DNA of 64,000 nucleotides from Anolis carolinensis (taxonomy: Eukaryota): contig NC_085844.1 of NCBI RefSeq assembly GCF_035594765.1, positions 240,080,107 through 240,144,106 on the forward strand, given 5' to 3'. Below, piece after piece: positions 26,061-37,352 of the stretch. The notes below the pieces were generated by a model, which did not search any database, was not told the origin of the DNA, and saw only the letters and a program-made list of their open reading frames with translations. Both the position numbers and the translations under genes were made by a program. Every line of letters starts with the position of its first letter. Positions within the stretch are counted from its first letter, which is position 1.

Positions 26061-26532
26061 TGGGTGCCAGTCCTGTGGATATGAGGAGGCCATAATGCAT
26101 ATCCAAATCCTGGAGCAGATTGACTCTCCCACTGTCATGGGATCCAAAAGCTTTCTCGACACGCCAATTGTTCATCTATCTCTCTGAGCTAGCAGCTCAG
26201 ATTCCACATTTTGTAACTTTATAAAATCATTTTTAGAAATGCAATGAAACTTTGTTAGCAACTATGGGGAACACATCCAGGCACTGTCAAAAGTGTTCCA
26301 ATGAACATCAGGCACTTATGATACACTTTGAGCATTTGTGATATGTATTAGGCATTTCTTAGCACATTAAATACTTCTGGTGTCCATTGGGCTCTCCTGT
26401 TTTGCTCTGACACTATGTTACCAGTGCCTAGATGTGTACTGAGAATGCCCAGTGCACACTGATGGCAAATTCACATCAAGCCATTTCACATCACCTGCCC
26501 TACTGGCTACCATTGTGCTACAGGCAACATAA

Positions 26533-26779
26533 GGAGCCGCGGTGGTGCAATGGGTTAAACTGAATTGCTGACCTGAAGGTTGCCAGTTTGAATCCATGAG
26601 ACTAAGTGAGCTTCTGTCTGTCAGCTCTAGCTTGTGGGGACATGAGAGAAGCCTCCCAGCAGAATGGTAACAACACATCAGGGCATCCCCTGAGCAATGT
26701 CTCTGTAGGCAGTCAATTCTCTCACACCAGAAGCGACTTGCAGTATGTTCTCAAGTCACTTCTAGCACATTAAAAAAAA
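26533..26779 (+). mobile_element. Squam2-type SINE
   Basis: GGAGCCGCGGTGGTGCAATGGGTTAAAC..CAAGTCACTTCT..(A)n. Confidence 0.85.
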
Positions 26780-27977
26780 TATACAATGTAATGTTACGGC
26801 AGTCTCAGTTGAATACAGACATGGCAAAATTGATCAATTCTATTTCTAACATATGTAAGTTCATTTATGATGTAAACTTTAATAGGCGGGAGGGGGTTGA
26901 CAAAATGCTAATTTTGTTTGTTAGTTTGTTCAGATGACATCTAAATGTAGACTGTAATTTATAGTGTAATGAGACAGGTCCCCATCTGCAGTTATTTTGT
27001 CTGTCCTTCACCATTCCTTCAAAATCACCCTCTAGTAATACGATCTTTATATACATCAGGTCAATTAATCAACACATCAGTCACTTAAGAAGCTGATGAG
27101 TGACCACTTTAAATTCCTTACACAGACAATTGATATAATGATAACAGCTGAGCCCACATTTAGGTTCAAAGAGTCAGATACAAGCAGAAGATGTTGCCCT
27201 GTAGCTAAAGACTTGGCCATCCCACTAGTGAATCAGAAGAATTGGATTCACAAAATCCATACCATATTTATCAATATATTTATTTCATTAAAATATTTGT
27301 GTTTGTTCACATTTAATAATTGTACAAGAGTGCCCACAGCTGAAGTGAGCAAATTTGAACTGAGAGCTGACAGGCTTTTTTTAGTTCCCAAACACATTTC
27401 TCGTTTTCACTGCTTGAATTATTTGTCCCATAAAACCTGCTCATACCACTTTCTCTTCTTGTACAGTTTGTGCTTCACTGCTGCTGCTTTTTCATTCGCT
27501 CTGTGTTTATTGTAGGAACATCTCTTAGCAAACAGCAAACAGCATCAGCCACTGAAGCATATCTTTATCCCCCTCCCAAAAAAGGGTCCAAAGAGATTCA
27601 GCTCTGTTACCATTTCTGTTTGCATTAACCTTATTGATGCCATGGTCCTCTTCACTTAAAGCATCCCTCCTTGTCAAGAGCACTGACGGATGCTATGCTA
27701 GCTCCTGCTAGCTTCGTTCTTGCTTTCAGAGCTGTCAGAAACATGTCTGAGTCCAAAAGTAAAAAATGTTGGGGAAGTGAATGTAAAGTTGCAACACAGG
27801 AGGATAACGCCTGCAAGCATTTCAGGGGCCACTTTACAAAGCACGTTTCTCTTGTTTAGAGATAACCAGAAAAGAGAAATTAGAAGGCCAAAAATATGTG
27901 TCCCTTTGGTTCTAGAGCTTTTATTGGGTGATTGTAGTCACCTTTTCCATTCCCTTCTGGGCCAAGTTGTACTTAAA

Positions 27978-28318
27978 TACAGTAGAGTCCCGCTCATCCA
28001 ACCTTTACTTATCCAACGTTCTGCATTATCCAATGCAGTCTGCCTTTTAGTAGTCAGTGTTTTTGTAGTCAATGTTTTCAATACATTGCGATGCTTTGGT
28101 GCTAAATTTGTAAATATAGTAATTCCTACATAACATTACCTTGTATTGAACTGCTTTTTCTGTCAATTTGTTGAAAAACACGACGTTTTGGTGCTTAATT
28201 TGTAAAATCATAATGTAATTTGATGTTTAATATGCTGTTCCTTAATCCCTCCTTATTATCCAACATTTTTGCTTATCCAATGTTCTGCTGGCGCGTTTAT
28301 AAGTGAGACTCTACTGTA
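27978..28318. mobile_element. Tigger-like MITE (TACAGTAGAGTC family)
   Basis: TIR TACAGTAGAGTC / GACTCTACTGTA; repeated TTATCCAA. Confidence 0.85.
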
Positions 28319-28454
28319 CTTACATGAACACTCACACCCCTGAGCTTTGAAAGTTACTCCTTAAAGAAAGCACTTAATGTTATATATTTCTCATATATAA
28401 GTCTAGCTGGCCCCAAGGCTGCATTTTTCCTCACCATGGAATCCCAAAGCAGTT

Positions 28455-29670
28455 ACTTTACTCTCAACTCAAAAATGGAAAATGGAATGATGGTGGACAG
28501 GAAAAGATATTTAAAGATGGTCTTAAAACCAACCTTAAAAACTATGGCATAGACACTGAGAACTGGGAAGCCCTAGCCCGTGAGCATTCTATCTGGAGGC
28601 CAGCTGTTACCAGCAGTGCTGTGGAATTCAAAGAGACACGAATGGAGGGAAAAAGGGAGAAACTTGTCAAAGGGAAGGCATGTCAAGCCAACCCTTGTCA
28701 GGACCACCTTTGACCTGGAAACCAATGTCCTCACTGCGAACGAATATGTGGATCCAGAATAGGTCTCTACTGTTGAGGCCTGTGAAGCTTCTGAAGATGA
28801 GGATGAGGATTTTCTGGTTGAGCCTGATGTTTCTGTGGGGGAAAGCAAAGTTTTTCGAGATGTTTTGGATAGATCTGTTGTCGACGAAACAAGCACTGAT
28901 TCTCAAAAGAATCAGCCAGAAATTGACTCTGAAAAGACTGTGGAGGAGTCAGAAAGGTTACAGATAACTCAATGTTTACAAATGAGAAGGGATAGTGCGA
29001 AACAGAGACAAATCTGGTGTTCCCAGAGACTGAAAGATAAACAAAGGGAACCCAGGTCTGAGTAAGTGTGATGTCATGGGCAAGAGGGAGGCAGTATTCT
29101 TAAGGAATTGGAGTTAATGTTCAGTGGAGAGATCAATGTTGGATTTTCATGTGACAAGTTGCCTATCTTGGGAACTTTAAGTTAGGAGTTCTGTGCTTGG
29201 GTCTGTATCTTGATTTCTTGTTTAAGTTCCATGCTTCCTGTTTAGATTATAAATCTTGTTTCAAGTCTCAAGCCTTTGGAATTATAGACAAGTTAAGTAT
29301 CAAGCCTTTGGATTGTGGTCATGTCCGTGCTTTCAAGCTTTTGGATATAATTCTAGTTTAAGTGCAACAACCCTTGGATTACAGTTTCTTGCTTTTGCCT
29401 AAAGTGATTTTTGGAATTCCTATTCAGAGTTGGACATTGCTAAAAAGCTCCTGGAAATCTAACTCGTGGATGTATTTTGAAACATTTTTATATTATACAT
29501 TCTTGCCTTAGTAAACTCACTATTCTTGTTCATCTCTGTGGTGTTTGGGTGAAAAAAGGATCAAGTAGTTGACTGGGCTGCTACATCTACAGTCATTTGC
29601 AGACCCACCACCAAAACTCTCCACTCGGAAAGCAATTATACTCAGCTACTAGCCTATGATGGTAATGATT
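28455..29670 (+). mobile_element. RTE LINE 3' end split by a solo LTR
   Basis: RT C-terminus (KRFKDGLKTNLKNYGIDTENWEALA, zinc-finger-like CPHCERICGSRIGL) resumes at 29591 after the LTR. Confidence 0.8.
28771..29585 (+). mobile_element. Solo LTR (Gypsy-like), 815 bp
   Basis: TGTTG...CTACA termini; perfect 5-bp TSD TCTAC; host RTE continuous across it. Confidence 0.88.
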
Positions 29671-29744
29671 CATGGATCATACCAAAATTCCAAATTTTGG
29701 CCCCAAAAACTCCCTTCAATTTATACACAAATCTATACAGTAAT

Positions 29745-29900
29745 TACTGGTGGAAGCTTCTTTCTTGAAAGCTTTTAAACAGGCTGGATGGCCATCTGTC
29801 AGGGCTGCTTTGGTTGTGCTTTTCCTGCATGGCAGGGGGTTGAACTAGATGGCCCATGTGGTCTCTTCCAACTTTATTATCCTATTTTTCTATTATTCTA
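29745..29900 (+). mobile_element. CR1 3' end
   Basis: GGCTGGATGGCCATCTGTC..GGTCTCTTCCAAC with degenerate ATTCTAT tail. Confidence 0.8.
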
Positions 29901-30420
29901 CTTATTAATTTAACTCTTTTCCCTCCAGAGGTTTTGACCCACCTCTCTAATCTTTTATGGTAATTTTGGATGCTGATCCTGCCCAGTGGGTTATTAGCTA
30001 TCCTTCCCAATTTGGTGTCATCTGCAAATTTTATTCTGGAACTTGCAGTCCAAAAAATAAATTTCCCAGGCTATGAGCAAGCTGTTAAATAATAAATGTA
30101 TCCTATGATAACAAAGGAAGTGAAAAAAGCACCTGGCTTAATGTCATAAGGTTATTAAAAGTTTGTCTTGAATATGGGGACAATGAAAGGCTCTGGAAGC
30201 CTAAAGATATCTGATTCTTTGATAAAATCTATTAAACATGGATAATTTTCAGTTCCTTCTTTCAAGTTTACTTATTCATTTCTTACATTATCCTGCCTTT
30301 CCTTTAATGAGCCCTCTTCTTCCCCACCTTATGCTTTCAGACCAGGCTGAGAAAAAGAGTAATGAGCCCCAGTGGATTTTATAGCTCAATGGGGATGGTA
30401 TCTGGATCTCTCAAGTCTCA

Positions 30421-30570
30421 GGCTGGATCTACACTGCCATATAATCCAGTATTTGGTCCCAGATTATCTGTTTTGAACTGGATTATATGAGTCTACACTG
30501 CCATATAATCCAAATCAAAGCAGATAATCTGGGATCAGATACTGGATTATATGGCAGCGTAGATGGCGCC
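30421..30570. mobile_element. PIF/Harbinger MITE
   Basis: GGCTGGATCTACACTGCCATATAATCCA inverted at the ends; TSD TCA. Confidence 0.85.
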
Positions 30571-31469
30571 TCAGTCAAATGATCCAATCAGGATGGACCT
30601 TATCACATGCACCAAATAAAATGTCTGTTAAGTAGGCAACTTAAAGCTTTAAAAAACTAGATCAGGATATATCCGCCCCATCACACCCATGGTGGGGGGG
30701 TTTATTTCACAGCCAAGTAACTCCATTTGTTCATGCTAGTGAAGAAACGCAAAAAATATATTTTCAGTCTTCTGAAGCTGCACAGTTCTGGATTTTTTTA
30801 AAAAAAACTTAAAATGAAACAATAAAGGTAAAACGGGAAAAATAATTGGTTTAATCATGGTCATTCTCTGACTGCCCCTGAAAGTGCAATACTAGCTGTT
30901 TCAGCAAAGGAGAATCGAGCAGCATAAAAAGATTGCCCTGAAAATACAACCCAAAAGACATGTCACAGATACAGATGACAAGCTGCAGATGACCTGCAGA
31001 TGGCTGTACCATCACATGTCAAAAAACGTGCCTCTGACACGTGCAGAGAAATAAAAGACGAGGGAAGTAAATTAATTTCTGATTTACAAAACTTACTCAT
31101 GGAAGATTCTATGTTTATGGATGCCTATGGGTTACCCACAAAATGGATCTTGCCTCATGTGACAGGACCCGTAGGAACCGATAGACAAAAGACATCAGAG
31201 ACGGGTATAAGACTTCATGATCAGGTCCTATATCACTGTGGAATAGCCAACATATTGTATCAAAGATAGGAAAGTGTTTTGCTTTTGCCTGAGTCTACAG
31301 AGAAGGATAAGATTCCACCTCCTCCTTGTGGCAAATTGAGTTCCAAGTGCAAAAGAAGTTTGCAGTCAATTAACTCAGCAAGAGGGGAGAGGAGGAGAAG
31401 TGGAATTTGTCCTTCCTTGAAGACTCATGCAAATGCAAACTGCAGTAGCCAAAAGTAGGTGGAAATTTC

Positions 31470-32335
31470 ATCCAACTCTTGCATTAAAATCACCCAGGAG
31501 TCCTCCTTAGCTATATCTGATAGGATGGTGTCCAGCTGACAGTAAAAGGTTTCCTTGATGTTTTTGTCAGTATCTAGTCATGGTGCATAGGCACTTATGA
31601 TAGTTGCCTGCTGGTTTTGGCAAGATTAATTCAGAGGGTTGAGAGTTGTTCATTAATGCTGATGGGTGCTTTGGACAGATGCTTCACCAAGTTGTTTTTG
31701 ATAGCAAAGCTGACTCTGTGCATTCTCCATTCTTGTTCAGGTAGTTCCTTCCAGAAGAAGGTGTAGCCTCCTTTTTCTTCCTCTCCTGCTCTCCAGGTCT
31801 CTTGGAGTGCTGCTATATCAATTTTAAAGCATCTCCGCTCCCTTGCAATAATAGCAATCCTGTGTCCAGGGCATTCGTTGTCTGTTTTATCCAACAGTGT
31901 CTGTATGTTCCACATTCCAAAATTCATTTGTCTTTTTTGACCCCTCTGGACACAGCAGTCCAGTCAGGAATGAGAGAGACAGGCTTTATTTGGGGCACTT
32001 TTTCTCGCTTCTCCCTGTATAGGGTGAGCAGAGTGGATCCTAAATAGGGCTGCTCAGTTGTGAATACAGCTGGCCAACTGCTCAACTGCCTCTGACCTTG
32101 AGGTGGAATGACTGAATCCAAATCCATCTCCCATGTGCCAGTCTATGGCTAGGGGCATTCAGATTTCACAGTCGGTCGCTACTTGCTGATCACCATGGGA
32201 CTTTTGTTTTCCTTGGAAGACATTTGTGTGAGAGTTTGATTTATGTTTGGAAATTAGTGCACACCCAATTAACACACATTCTTCACAGAGAGAGTTCAGA
32301 TCCAGTGGTGTGGATAATTCGACAACCATTGGCCT
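31470..32335 (-). mobile_element. RTE LINE 5' region with APE endonuclease remnant
   Basis: ORF 31631-31927 (FGMWNIQTL..IDIAALQETW..GYTFFW) plus downstream ISAYAP and GDFNARVG motifs; about 400 bp of 5' UTR. Confidence 0.85.
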
Positions 32336-32345
32336 CTAATCTCTA

Positions 32346-32356
32346 TATAGAGATAG

Positions 32357-32407
<51 letters not shown>

Positions 32408-32427
32408 TAGATAGATAGATGATAGAT
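32346..32427. repeat. (GATA)n/(GACA)n compound microsatellite
   Basis: direct reading. Confidence 0.95.
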
Positions 32428-33580
32428 TCACAAACTTTGGGTCAGGAACAAATGAAGGCAAAACTTTCTAAGGCTACAAAGATATATTTCATTGCCAAAT
32501 GTTTGAGTCTTTTCCTACCTGATAAATTTTAAAAAGCATATGATTAGTTTAGTTCTGCAGTAGGCAACCTGCAGTTCTCTGCCTGATCTCCTGCCGTCCT
32601 TCATGAATGGAAAAGAATTCAGTTGGATTTGACAGTCTGGATGAAAGTAGCATTTTCACACACCATACGATTCATCGCACAAAAAAACACACCTCACCTT
32701 GAGAATTCACACAGGTATAAGGTTTACAAGGCATGCCTGGGCTATGAAGTGCATGCAAAGCAAAGTGCGGGCTTGAAAATGCAAGTAGCTAAAACACACA
32801 CACACACACACACAAATCCAAATCTCAGCCCCTCTGCAATTAGGACAATATTAACCTTGGTCTAAGTAATTTCCAACATGTAGAAATGAATGAGAATTCC
32901 TCCAGATTTAAATCCCTGGATACCAGTCTATCAGCCACAGTGATATCTCTCTTGGAAAGACCAAGATTTGGAAACAGCACAGTTTCAGCTGGACTAATGT
33001 CATTTCAACTGACTCTTGATGCACTTACTGAAATCAGATTGAACTATATTTCTATGTGGCAATTTCATCCTATGCAATCCAAATGCAGGAACTCAGCCTA
33101 AATTTGATTGTCTGGTATCCTGTTAAATATTTACAAGATAGTAAATGGACCTAACTTTTGGGGTTCACGTTTATGGTAATTAATGATGAAACCTGACTCC
33201 CACCCCAAACTGCTTGTTAAGTCAGGCAATACTAGCAAAAGGGTTTCCAAAGTGCTATAAATCACAACCCTAAGAAATTATCACGGGGATCTTTGACACA
33301 AAACCCCAAGGGATCTCTCCAGTTCCTGTCTTAATGTGTCTAATGACTGGGAGAATGCTGCAGTCACCATTTACCAGCTCCCTGATCTTCCAAGCCTCAG
33401 AAACCCTTTGGTTGAGGCACTACCTCAACCAAAGGTATGATTTTGAGGAGCTCAAACAGCTGTGTCAACAGACCTATATCATCATAGCTACAGATGACAA
33501 TTCAGGATTTCACTCATCATTATCTAATTAATTCTGGTGAGAGGGATTTGATTTGTGCTTTTGCTTTTTCCTAAACACAA

Positions 33581-33991
33581 GGAGCCCAGGTGGCGAAGTG
33601 CATTAAAGCACTGAGCTGGAGACCAAAAGGTCCCAGGTTCAAACCCCAGGAGCAGCGTGAGCAGCCGCTATTCGTTCCAGCTCCTGCCAACCTAGCAGTT
33701 CAAAAACATGCCAATGTTGGTGCTCATCTCCATTTCTAAGCCGAAGAGCCAGTGTTGTCCATAGACACCTCCAAGGTCATGTGGCCGGCATGACTGCATG
33801 GAGTGCCGTTACCTTCCTGCCAGAGTAGTACCTATTGATCCACTCACATTTGCATGTTTTCGAACTGCTAGGTTGGCAGGAGCTGGGGCTAACAGCGGGC
33901 GCTCATTCTGCTCCTGGGATTTGAACCTGGGACCTTTTGGTCTGCAAGTTCAGCAGCTCAGCGCTTTAACACACTGTGCCACCAGGGGCCC
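33581..33991. mobile_element. Two fused inverted Sauria SINEs
   Basis: plus-strand head 33581-33717 joined to a minus-strand copy 33716-33991; both tails absent. Confidence 0.85.
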
Positions 33992-34224
33992 CAATCCATG
34001 TATAGGGCCTCCATAATTTGAAATTGGATTGATACAATGAACAATAAGGAAAGGTCTCTTATATTAACCATGCCTGTACAGAAATTTCCTCCAGCCACAA
34101 AAATACTACCTGACATACAGCCTTGAAGAATTCTATTTTTCACCAGTTATTCCCAGAGTCCCACAGCCAGTATGGAAGTTTTAGACTAGGAAGATTGCAT
34201 TTTCAAGTTCTCACCCCACTCTCA

Positions 34225-34440
34225 CTGTGTGTGTCTATCTGTGTGCCTTCAAGTTACCTATCAACTTATAGTGACTCCATGAATTTAATAGAATTTTCTG
34301 AAGCAAGGAATACTCAAAGGTGATTGATTCTTCCAGTTCCTTCCTACAATGCCTGGTATTCATTGATGGTCTCCCACCAAAGTCCTCATTGGGGCTGACC
34401 CTCTTTAGCTTCCAAGATCAGATGAGATCTGATGCCTTTG
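34225..34440 (-). mobile_element. 5S rRNA-derived SINE
   Basis: TTAGCTTCCAAGATCAGATGAGATC is reverse 5S; GCCTTCAAG tail. Confidence 0.75.
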
Positions 34441-34600
34441 GGATATTTGTGAGGTCAGAATTGCATTTTCCAGAATGCCGTGAGAAATGTAGATGATTCG
34501 AGCCTGTAATACTAATATGTCCAGGAAGTCATGAGGGATTCATCTATTGTCATCTTCTGTACATTAATAAGAGGTCAGGTTTTAATCAGAGTTGAAGCCT

Positions 34601-34633
34601 TTAATCAATTAATCACCCTTATTAATTGATTAA
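34601..34633. promoter_or_regulatory. Inverted pair of TAATCAATTA homeodomain sites in an enhancer-like block
   Basis: TTAATCAATTAAT-caccctt-ATTAATTGATTAA; flanking TGTCA and TAAT motifs; repeat-free. Confidence 0.4.
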
Positions 34634-36647
34634 CCTCCATCACATCTGATTAACACAAGAGGAGTCTGAAATGTCAGATATTTCCCTGTCATTCTTGATA
34701 GTCTTCCAGTGGGAGGGAAGTAAGCCAAATGTGTAGCCCATTTCATGTAAAACTCTGTCAAGGCAGCTGAAGCTTCAGCTTGTCATGGGGGTCGGGGAAA
34801 ACTTAAAGCAAGCAGTTCTCTGAATGCATAAATAAAATATACTTACTATTCGGCAAAATAAATACAGCTGACTTCTTCACTCCACTGCCACCTCTTAGCT
34901 CCTTCTTCTCTACACATCTTGAATGCATAAAGTAATTTTTTTCTAGGCTTCTGCAGTTCCAACCATTAAATCTGAGTCAAAAAGGGATGACAACTGAATG
35001 AAGCATGCAACAAAAATCTCAAATGTCTGTTGACATCAGAAGTTAAAAGGACAATCACATTAACTATCCCTATGCGAATCTTCATAAAATCCAGGACGAC
35101 AATCGTTTTGAACTTTTGGGATGATAAAGGGAAAGAGTTAGAAAGATTTTTTAAAGGAATCCATGGAAGTATAAATTAACTGAATTTTCAATTGTGGTTA
35201 AAAGATCTGAGATGAAGGGGGATGGAAATTTAGGTCACAAAAGCAAAAAATGATGTATAAAATATTTTCACAGAGATAACATGTAATATTAATATAGTAT
35301 ATATACATATGTGTGAGTATATGTGTGCCTTCAAGTCTGCCGTCAGCTTAATTGCAATTTCTTAGGTTTTCTTAGACAAAGTATAGACAGGGGAACTGGT
35401 TTTGCCAGTTCCTTCCTTTGAAATATAGCTTACGGAACTGGTATTCATTGGTCTGCCATTTAGGCCACCATAGTATAGATTAAATCTAATCAAGATTTAA
35501 TATCAGCACATTGAAGCCGTTAATGTATGTAATGTATTAATGAAAGTTAAACCTCTTTGGCTCAAAATGGAATTTTAATAAGGGGTGAAATTTTCAGCCT
35601 GTTTTATTAGATCACTCTCAATTTCTATTGTTATAAGGGATATAAGAAAAAAACAACTATCTAAAATCTTTGCATCTTGCATCTAGCACTTAGTGGTTTA
35701 GTCTTATCTTTTAAATATCTTTTTATGGTTACGTATTACACTCTAAACATAAAAATAAGCAATGGCTATTATTCTTTCTAAAGAAAATGCAAGAATTTCA
35801 TTTTTTGGTCATGTGTTTCATATGGTTATTAGACTTTCTGAATTGTCTCTCATTGTAGAGCCTTAGGATAATGTCACAAAAATTACTGCCAGTCTTAAAA
35901 GCCAGTCTCCTCTATTTATCTGTTTTTAGGAGCAGTGTTGAACATCCGAGGTCTTCTCATCAGGATGGTGAGAGTCATTTCAGTCTTCTCCCTAAAGTTG
36001 AATACTGGGAGACATAAAATCTTAGCTGGAAGGGACCGTATAGACCATCTAGTCCAACTCATTGCCATTCAGGAATACATAATTGTAGCACCCCAAAAGA
36101 AGTCCATCCGACCACTGCTTAACAGTCTCCTTGACAGATGGAGATTCCTGACAGATCAAAGGAACCCCTTCTGCACATTGAGCATCATTAATTTGTAAGA
36201 GTCCCTATGCATGGGACTGCTGCAAACAAAAAAAGAGCCCACGAAGAATTATAACAGAATAGAAGAACTTGGCCCTAGCCTATAAGAACTTCCTTTTCAT
36301 ATTTCTATAAGCAACCCACCAACCATTTTTGTACAGATAAAACATTCATCAAAGTCAGGCCTCCCCTATTTACCTTCCCAATTTTCTATGAAGTTGAAAA
36401 TGGTCAAGATGCCTGTCTTCAGAGGCATGAAAACTGTTTTGCCATATGTCAGTCTAGCAGTCAAAGATTTCAGTACATTCAGAATTCTTTTTGAAACATT
36501 TTAAAAGCCAGGATCTTTCACTAGTATTTCCAAAGAATCATTTTTTGAAAAAAAAAAATCCAGAAATAGACATTTGCCATTGGTTGCACTAGAGATTCAG
36601 CTATTTTTTGTATTTCATTTCAAAAAGTAAAAGGTTAATTATCTCAC

Positions 36648-36744
36648 CTGAAAGTAGAGAGAAACGTATCCGAAGGAGGGCAATGAGAATCCTTATCCAA
36701 ATAGGAACCATGTCTACCTCAGTAATAACTGTTCACTTCAATGT
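36648..36744 (-). other. Candidate exon (97 bp): 33-nt UTR, ATG, then MVPIWIRILIALLRIRFSLLS, phase-1 donor
   Basis: acceptor TTTTCCCATCCCACAG, stops in all three frames before the ATG, Kozak GACATGG, donor CAG|GTGAG. Confidence 0.55.
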
Positions 36745-37026
36745 CTGTGGGATGGGAAAACTACTCTGGGTTACAGTATGAATATTAAAGGAACTACCAA
36801 TGTGCTGAACTTATTTAGGAATGCCTTGGATAGTGGCTTGAGAGTTCAGACCTGGAGCAGGTTCACCACCTTGCTGATATGGAAGCCATCAGCTCCCATT
36901 GGCCCATTTTCCCCAACAAACGTATAAGCAATAGACATAAGGATCCTTCTGGATGCACCAACAGATGACTGTTCAAAGGCTTCAATCCTATATCTATCTG
37001 GGAATAAACATGGCTGAATTTGGACA

Positions 37027-37352
37027 TACAGTAGAGTCTCGCTTATCCAAGCTAAACGGGCCCCAGAAGCTTGGATAAGCGAATATCTTGGATAATAAGG
37101 AGGGATTAAGGAAAAGCCTATTGAACATCAAATTAGGTTATGATTTTACAAATTAAGCACCAAAACATCATGTTATACATCAAATTTGACAGAAAAAGTA
37201 GTTCAGTATGCAGTAATGTTATGTTGTAATTACTGTATTTACGAATTTAGCACCAAAATATCACGATATATTGAAAACATTGACTACAAAAATGGCTTGG
37301 ATAATCCAGAAACTTGGATAAGCGAGGCTTGGATAAGTGAGACTCTACTGTA
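37027..37352. mobile_element. Tigger-like MITE
   Basis: TACAGTAGAGTCTCGCTTATCC / GGATAAGTGAGACTCTACTGTA. Confidence 0.9.

Noticed and set aside
30595-31170. Possible Harbinger element with clustered CAGATG E-boxes
   Set aside because: Only a weak ~15-bp terminal match and no clear TSD.
34848-34971. Additional minus-strand exon (TTTTTGACTCAG ... TA|GTAAGT)
   Set aside because: Weaker splice context and no coding signal; cannot be separated from chance.
36648-36711. Assignment to SDK2, PTPRD or IGSF9B (64-bp leader exons from memory)
   Set aside because: At best about 7 of 21 recalled residues match in a hydrophobic peptide; not enough for a gene symbol.
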